64,000 nt of DNA, from positions 52,041 to 116,040 of IMG/VR virus record IMGVR_UViG_3300023238_000005; one strand, written 5' to 3'. The notes under the pieces were generated by a model. It did no database searches, was not told where the DNA came from, and was given only the letters and a program-made list of their open reading frames with translations. Positions 58,300 to 64,000 of the stretch are shown here, piece after piece (the first letter of the stretch is position 1; every line of letters starts with the position of its first letter). The position numbers and the translations under genes are program-made. The DNA comes from a virus.

Positions 58300-58545
58300 A
58301 TGAGCTATGACCCAACTCCTTTAGTTTCACCAGAGTTTGATTGCAGTCTAGTAGAAGAAGGCCGCAGGGAGAGTGTGGATGCAACGGACCTAATCCTAAA
58401 GGACGGTTGCATGGACCACCCGGGAGACATCATTGCTAACATCCTGCACTGGTGCGATCACTATAGCGAAGACTTTGAAGACATCCTGCGCCGTGGCAGG
58501 GACTATCATAAAGATGAACTAGATGGGTTGAAAATTAGGGGTTGA
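58300..58545 (+). CDS. Early hypothetical protein
   Basis: Coupled; stop inside next -35 box. Confidence 0.7.
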   Translation: MSYDPTPLVSPEFDCSLVEEGRRESVDATDLILKDGCMDHPGDIIANILHWCDHYSEDFEDILRRGRDYHKDELDGLKIRG

Positions 58546-58605
58546 CAGGTTAGCTGTTAGGTGTTATAATAGTATTACAAATTAAGTAAACACAAAGGGC
58601 ACGAC

Positions 58606-58920
58606 ATGGGCTACATCATTTACCGCAAAGACACCACAGCTATTCCTGCGCAATTGCGTGACAAGATATACAAGACTGTACCAGCAGCAAAGGCAGCACT
58701 GACTCGCTTCAACACTGCGTGGGCTCAGACACGGGGCAAGCTGGGCAACGAACCCGACGCACCTCAGTTCACAATGGCTATTGCCGAGTCAGAATACTAT
58801 GCTAAGAACATTGAGAAGACTGTGACACGAGTCAACATGATGAGCGGGAAAGAGTATACTGAGTCAGTGAACACGCCGCTGTTCATGTCTCCCAGCTCAG
58901 AAACCTACTGGAGCCAGTAA
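58606..58920 (+). CDS. Early protein, SPSSETYWS family paralog 2
   Basis: AAAGGGCA RBS; same C-terminal motif. Confidence 0.78.
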   Translation: MGYIIYRKDTTAIPAQLRDKIYKTVPAAKAALTRFNTAWAQTRGKLGNEPDAPQFTMAIAESEYYAKNIEKTVTRVNMMSGKEYTESVNTPLFMSPSSETYWSQ

Positions 58921-59002
58921 GAAAAAGGTTGACAAGTGCTAGTGTGTGTGCTATACTGTATATAACAGTTAGATAAACGTTAAACAAAGGACAGGGCAAA
59001 AC

Positions 59003-60004
59003 ATGCAGAACATTAAGATAGTAAATGGTACTTACAGACTACGTGGCAAAGAAACAGATATGAGCGGTATGATATTTCCAATGGCCAAAGAGTTTACTCT
59101 AGGCACTAGTGGTGGAGCTGTTACAGTTGACAGTACTACTGTTATTGGATTACCAAATCGTAACATTAAGATCAAATGTAATAACCCAGAGGATTACGAG
59201 CTGGTTGGAGATGATGTCAAAACAGAAGTCGTTGAAGAGTCAGACGCTGAAATTGTAGAGCGCATCAGAGAACGATTTGACATGCTCAAAGACATGACCA
59301 AAGCCGTCAAAAAGGGAAGCGTCAGAGCAATGATTGTTTCCGGTCCTCCGGGTGTAGGCAAGAGCCACGGTGTTGAGGAAGTGTTGGATCGTTATGCAAC
59401 TATGGAGATGATGGGAGCAGGCAAGACACACGAAGTCATCAAAGGTGCTATGTCGCCAATTGGTCTCTACTGCAAGTTGTACAAGATGGCAGACAAAGGT
59501 AAGGTAGTTGTGTTTGATGACTGTGACAGCATCTTCCAGGATGACCTAAGCTTGAACATATTGAAGGCAGCACTAGACAGCAAGAAGAATCGTTGGATCC
59601 ATTGGAACACTGATTCATTCAAGTTGCGCAACGAAGGTGTGCCAGACAAGTTTAAGTTTGAAGCTAGTGCAATCTTTATCACAAACATGAAGTTTGATAA
59701 AGTCAAAGGCAAGTTGCGTGAGCACTTGGAAGCATTAGAGTCACGCTGTCACTACATGGATCTAACTATCGATACCGACAAAGAGAAAGTATTACGTATA
59801 AAGCAAGTCATCTCAGATGGCATGTTGGATGATCGTAAGTTGTCAGAAGATGTTAAAGTTGACATCATGGACTTTGTTGAAATGAATATGAGTAAGCTAC
59901 GCGAACTGTCACTTCGTACAGTACTAAAGGTAGCAGACTTAGCTGAAGCTTTCCCAACTAAGTGGGAAGCGATGGCGGAAAATACCGTTATGCGTCGAGC
60001 ATAA
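59003..60004 (+). CDS. AAA+ ATPase
   Basis: Walker A GPPGVGKS, Walker B VVVFDDCD, sensor FITN, arginine finger ALESR. Confidence 0.9.
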   Translation: MQNIKIVNGTYRLRGKETDMSGMIFPMAKEFTLGTSGGAVTVDSTTVIGLPNRNIKIKCNNPEDYELVGDDVKTEVVEESDAEIVERIRERFDMLKDMTKAVKKGSVRAMIVSGPPGVGKSHGVEEVLDRYATMEMMGAGKTHEVIKGAMSPIGLYCKLYKMADKGKVVVFDDCDSIFQDDLSLNILKAALDSKKNRWIHWNTDSFKLRNEGVPDKFKFEASAIFITNMKFDKVKGKLREHLEALESRCHYMDLTIDTDKEKVLRIKQVISDGMLDDRKLSEDVKVDIMDFVEMNMSKLRELSLRTVLKVADLAEAFPTKWEAMAENTVMRRA

Positions 60005-60019
60005 CGCTCCGCTTCATGT

Positions 60020-60256
60020 GTAAGGGCAGCAGCGCACCCTGTGGTGTTGCCCAACAAGGACAGACTAGATTGTGCCCTCGATCGAAGCTGTCCGAACAGA
60101 GCTAGTAAGGATGTGCCCTCGTCCAAGCTAGTTCATAAGAAGCCGAAGTAGCCATTAAGAACTGTGCGGTAGTTGGTAGTAAAAGCTTGTGCCCTCACGC
60201 TTTGCTACCTTTTTAGAAGCCCTGCTCAGTATGCCCTTACTGAGTGGGGTTTTTTC
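60020..60256 (+). ncRNA. Candidate multi-hairpin sRNA with four UGCCCU loops, ending in intrinsic terminator
   Basis: TGTGCCCTC at 60071, 60112, 60188 and TGCCCT at 60232, each enclosed by an inverted repeat. Confidence 0.75.
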
Positions 60257-60343
60257 TTTTCTAAATACCAAATGAGTGGTTGACAACCCAGCAATACCAT
60301 GCTATAATATATACATATTAAACAATAAAGCAAAGGGCGAATA

Positions 60344-60538
60344 ATGATGATCTACGCAGAACTACTTGACATCCTAAAGAACATGACTCCTGATCAACTC
60401 GCGGACACTGTACAGGCATACAGTGGTGACATTGATGATACTATCAAGGTGATCGGAGTCTCAGAGAACACAGACCAAGAGATGGGCGAAAGTATCCCAA
60501 ACTTTAGTACTACACAAATATTCTTGATCTTAGAGTAA
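60344..60538 (+). CDS. Early hypothetical protein
   Basis: AAAGGGCG RBS. Confidence 0.7.
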   Translation: MMIYAELLDILKNMTPDQLADTVQAYSGDIDDTIKVIGVSENTDQEMGESIPNFSTTQIFLILE

Positions 60539-60607
60539 ATTAGGGGTTGACAAGATGACACTTCGGTGCTATAATGTATATACAAACTAGCAAAAAGGGC
60601 AAACAAT

Positions 60608-60916
60608 ATGAATTATCTAAGAGTTGACGTTTACCGTAACGCAGGCATTGATTGTAGCGCACGTGGTGTTACCAGCGACGAATCAAATATGATGGTTGTT
60701 CCTTGTGTGAGCGGACCTATCACTGCTGAACAAGCTGAGCTCAATGAGTATGTGATCCTAGTTCCAGGTAAGGCAGGCAACAGGATGCATGTTAAACCAG
60801 AAGGCGTTGGACGACATACTATGTTCGGTGGTAACTTTGTTTACTCAAGTGACAGCCGCTTTGGTGAAACCTACGGTAGCAACCCAGTTCATGTACATGA
60901 CAGAATTGAATATTAG
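60608..60916 (+). CDS. Early phage protein (MFGGNFVYSSDSRF...HDRIE)
   Basis: AAAGGGCA RBS. Confidence 0.78.
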   Translation: MNYLRVDVYRNAGIDCSARGVTSDESNMMVVPCVSGPITAEQAELNEYVILVPGKAGNRMHVKPEGVGRHTMFGGNFVYSSDSRFGETYGSNPVHVHDRIEY

Positions 60917-61146
60917 GGGTTGACAGAGTAGCATCCAGGTGTTATACTGTATGTACAAAATGAGAAAAGGAAGAGAAAATGAAAAATATTGAGCAATGGT
61001 TGTATGTGAGGGAGTTAACCCAGAAAGATAAGCGTGGTCGACCGATGCATCTCCAGCAAAATAACAAAACTGGTGAATACCGATCAGTATGCGCATAAGA
61101 GCGTATACTGTTAGTATAAGTTAAATAAACCATAAGGGCAAACGAC

Positions 61147-61581
61147 ATGGCATATGTAAGCAAGCAGGACAAAGCAGAACTAGCACCGGGCATCAAAGCT
61201 GTTCTTAAGAAGTATAACATGAAGGGCAGCATTTCAGTTAGACATTACTCAACTCTAGTAGTTAAGATCACACAAGGCGCAATTGACTTCAGTGATTACT
61301 TCACACATGGTGAAGGTTACATTCAAGTGAATGAGTACTGGATCGATCAACACTATTCACGCATTCATAAGGCGTTCTTAAACGAACTGTTGGCTGCTAT
61401 GAAAGGTACCAACTACTATAACAATGATGATTCGATGACTGACTACTTTGATCGTAGCCACTACACTAACATCTACATCGGTGCGTGGGATAAGCCATAT
61501 GCATTCGTCAAAGGCAGCATTAATGTTGATGCAAGCCTTAGAGCAGACCCAAACAAAGAAGCATACCTAGTAGCGCAATAA
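61147..61581 (+). CDS. Early phage protein (DSMTDYF motif)
   Basis: AAGGGCA RBS. Confidence 0.8.
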   Translation: MAYVSKQDKAELAPGIKAVLKKYNMKGSISVRHYSTLVVKITQGAIDFSDYFTHGEGYIQVNEYWIDQHYSRIHKAFLNELLAAMKGTNYYNNDDSMTDYFDRSHYTNIYIGAWDKPYAFVKGSINVDASLRADPNKEAYLVAQ

Positions 61582-61650
61582 GAGGTTGACAGTATGGCAC
61601 TTCGGTGTTATACTGTATACAGTTAAACAATAAAGCAAAGAGGGCAAACT

Positions 61651-61911
61651 ATGCAAGCATTAAACAAATACGTTGAAGAGAAGAATCGTTGGAACGCATT
61701 CTTCGGACAGACTAACCTACTCACACTAGACACAGCATCAGGACGCAAGGCAATAGCTGAGCAACTTGACTGTGATCTATCACCTGAGAACCTACACTGT
61801 GATGGAGAGATAAGCCAAGCACAGGCAATGAAGAAGTATAGAGCACTCAGCAAGGCAGCTGAACAACTACTTAAACTAGACCCAACTCAAACTGTAGAGG
61901 AGTTATACTAA
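61651..61911 (+). CDS. Early phage protein (LSPENLHCDGE motif)
   Basis: GAGGGCA RBS. Confidence 0.78.
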   Translation: MQALNKYVEEKNRWNAFFGQTNLLTLDTASGRKAIAEQLDCDLSPENLHCDGEISQAQAMKKYRALSKAAEQLLKLDPTQTVEELY

Positions 61912-62186
61912 TGACTATGATGAACACTGTAATAGACCAAGTAGCACGTATGGATAGCGCAGAGCTTAACCGTGTAGTGGATGCAGTCAAGTTACGCCGC
62001 ACGTTTATAGCCAAGGAGAGCGCCCGTGGCCTGTTCATAGGCGACTATGTTAGCTTTGCTAGCAAGCGTGGCACAACTGTACAAGGCACAGTTACTAAGG
62101 TCAACACCAAGACTGTAGTAGTAGACACAGTAAGGGAAGGACGCTGGAAGGTCACTGCTAGTATGCTAACACTGTTGGCTGCATAG
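61911..62186 (+). CDS. Early SH3-like small protein
   Basis: IGDYVSF...GTVTKVNTKTVVV...WKV; ends LAA. Confidence 0.72.
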   Translation: MTMMNTVIDQVARMDSAELNRVVDAVKLRRTFIAKESARGLFIGDYVSFASKRGTTVQGTVTKVNTKTVVVDTVREGRWKVTASMLTLLAA

Positions 62187-62222
62187 GATAGTCACAAAGT
62201 CAAGAGTCTTTTTCCCATCCCC

Positions 62223-62257
62223 GGGGGCGTAGTGTTTTTGCACTACGTCTTTTTTTG
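62223..62257 (+). terminator. Terminator closing the early region
   Basis: GGGGGCGTAGTG...CACTACGTCTT plus T run. Confidence 0.8.
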
Positions 62258-62691
62258 ACTTTAGTTAATGGAAAAAAAATTTATTTCTTTTTTTTATTTT
62301 GTCGGGCCCGGGGGCTATATAAAGATATTTGCTAATAACTACAGCTAACGCTTAATGGAAAGTTAAGGGGTAAAAATCACCTACCAACTTCTATAAGTAC
62401 TCCACCCCAAGATATCGCAGCGCATTTTTTCTACGCTACACAAACCTTTCCACTGTATATAATCACAGTCCTAATTTTTTTGCGCATATTTTTTTTAATC
62501 TCTGTAGAACCTTTTTCGAGCGTAGCACACACAGTGAGTGCAGAGGTCGCTTTACGAAGTAAAAGACTTCCCAACGAGCTGTAGAGCTTTAGCTCTTTCT
62601 CTGTGTACGTTAGTAGCTTACTGCGAGTGTTCGGTCCAGCTACAAGGTAAGAATAGGATTCTTACTGTGTGCAAGTACTGTTAAATACGGT

Positions 62692-62940
62692 ATGAACACA
62701 ATTGATACAATACACACGCATGCACACACCTTGCAATTCAACTTCAACACTGTTAAAGACACACAGGCTATAGACGCTCTTGTGTTTGCCTTGTCAATTG
62801 ACTTGTTTGTACACAATCGCATAGAGTGCACTCAGCCTAGTTATAACTGTCTAGAGTTTGTGTCAAGTGCGCACTGTGTGTTGGCACAGCTAGCACTTTC
62901 AAATGACCGTAGATTTAGTGTGGCTAGAGTGGATTTATAA
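62692..62940 (+). CDS. Hypothetical protein
   Basis: TTAAATA four nt before ATG. Confidence 0.5.
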   Translation: MNTIDTIHTHAHTLQFNFNTVKDTQAIDALVFALSIDLFVHNRIECTQPSYNCLEFVSSAHCVLAQLALSNDRRFSVARVDL

Positions 62941-63085
62941 TGGCGTCTAGGGCTGCACGTGCGCTTCGTACAGCGTGTTTAGATGTTGAGGTATAGTGCG
63001 GGCTATCAAAGTTATTTAAGTAGCTGTATGCGCAGAGTTAACGCTGTATTTAAAAAAGCGTTAACCGCTTCGCGGCTGTGCGGAT

Positions 63086-63703
63086 CTAGCGCTGGGCGCT
63101 TCGCGCTTGTTCTGAATCGCGAGCTGTGTAATTTACGTTAATTATAAATCGCTGAGATGAGTTAGTTGGACTATTTGAGCTATGGTATGTTAGGCCATCA
63201 AACCAGGCCATTTGATTTGCTCGTGGTGTAATAGTATAGTCCACTGTAGGTGTTTTTATATGTTGTTTATAATATTCCGTTTGATCTAATCCTCGTTGAG
63301 GGTCAAACCTTTCTTTGTACATAATAGTGTCGCCGTCGCAGTCATTGAGATAGAACAGTGCAGTGCGGTGTGCAAAATCGGTATCGACATGCGGGTCTGC
63401 TATATGATTTTCAGGAGTCATTCCTGTTACACTACATCGTATTCTAATAATGTCAATGTCAGTTTGGCCCGATCTACTCAGTGCATCTCCCACAGCCATT
63501 TCTAAGTACGGAGCAAGGTGTGTTTGGCTGAGATCTTTGTGATAGGCAATGTGCTGCCACTTGTGATTGCCCAGATGCACTGTTTCTCCATCTCCGTAGT
63601 AGTCTGTTATGCACACAAACCAAGGCATGTCTCCTCCTGTAATCAGTTGTTGTACCCGTTGTAGTTGCCAAGGGCTCCATATGTTTTGAAATAAATTGTT
63701 CAT
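63086..63703 (-). CDS. 2OG-Fe(II) oxygenase
   Basis: PHVD, TALFYLNDCDGDT, FDGLTYHSS, RFIINVN. Confidence 0.85.
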   Translation of the reverse strand: MNNLFQNIWSPWQLQRVQQLITGGDMPWFVCITDYYGDGETVHLGNHKWQHIAYHKDLSQTHLAPYLEMAVGDALSRSGQTDIDIIRIRCSVTGMTPENHIADPHVDTDFAHRTALFYLNDCDGDTIMYKERFDPQRGLDQTEYYKQHIKTPTVDYTITPRANQMAWFDGLTYHSSNSPTNSSQRFIINVNYTARDSEQARSAQR

Positions 63704-63999
63704 GTTGTTCCTTTCATCAAGTGTGTGTATTCAAAGGTTTGATCAGTGTCGTATACAGCTAGGTGCACAGCGCCGTTCTTGAGGTGGAAACGTTTGGCCA
63801 TGTCTGTGAGAGGACTTAGTGTTACCCAACGAGTGACCTCTGGTCTAGTGTTGCGTATGTGTTGTGCTAGTGCGTTGACTATGCGAGTACCGCAGCCTCG
63901 TTCGTAACTCCACACAGTGTAGAATACCGCAGTGTCAGTACTTACTGCTAGTTCACCGCTGGCACTGCTGAACCAATCTAGTTCTAGTTCGTTTTTGGG
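63700..63999 (-). CDS. GNAT/malonyl-CoA-decarboxylase-like fold protein (partial, starts outside window)
   Basis: Open frame from window end: AVFYTVWSY..G.G...VTLSP. Confidence 0.6.
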   Translation of the reverse strand, partial: PKNELELDWFSSASGELAVSTDTAVFYTVWSYERGCGTRIVNALAQHIRNTRPEVTRWVTLSPLTDMAKRFHLKNGAVHLAVYDTDQTFEYTHLMKGTT

Positions 64000-64000
64000 A

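Larger units (their letters stand above)
50418..61614 (+). promoter_or_regulatory. Array of 19 near-consensus early sigma70 promoters
   Basis: TTGACA at 50418, 50667, 51120, 51440, 51867, 52321, 52883, 53239, 54562, 54952, 56596, 57448, 57969, 58542, 58929, 60280, 60547, 60920, 61586, each 16-17 nt before TGn-TATA(C/A/G)T. Confidence 0.92.

Noticed and set aside
50418-61614. Integron cassette array
   Set aside because: Repeats are promoters, not attC-like palindromes, and no integrase is visible

Overview
This is a 64 kb slice of a large (jumbo-type) lytic dsDNA phage genome with T4-like transcription signals. The host is most likely a marine Alphaproteobacterium, inferred from the Shemin-pathway ALA synthase, the two-piece permuted tmRNA and the hemO-pcyX bilin cassette. 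Positions 1-48.5 kb are mostly minus-strand. They hold virion and head-associated proteins, auxiliary metabolic and stress genes (pcyX, heme oxygenase, clpS, hsp20, groEL/ES, guaC, rpsU, NfuA-like, prs, ugd-like, hemA, YbaN) and a heavily invaded class Ia ribonucleotide reductase locus. In that locus NrdA is in three pieces (one non-covalent split, one split intein), the nrdB tail is duplicated, and there are three homing endonucleases. After a repeat-rich strand-switch region (49.5-50.4 kb) comes a plus-strand early region of small genes behind 19 near-consensus sigma70 promoters. The best candidate for an undescribed system lies there. Fourteen early genes use an AGGGC(A) ribosome-binding motif, and a non-coding 3' segment at 60.02-60.26 kb folds into four hairpins that each display the exact complement UGCCCU in the loop, suggesting a phage sRNA dedicated to its own early mRNAs. 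Other notable signals are ROSE-like thermometers on both heat-shock leaders, RBS-occluding hairpins on all four homing endonucleases, a candidate -1 frameshift, a T4-like capsid-targeting N-terminal motif and leaderless late genes. All calls come from reading the sequence; no searches or folding programs were run.
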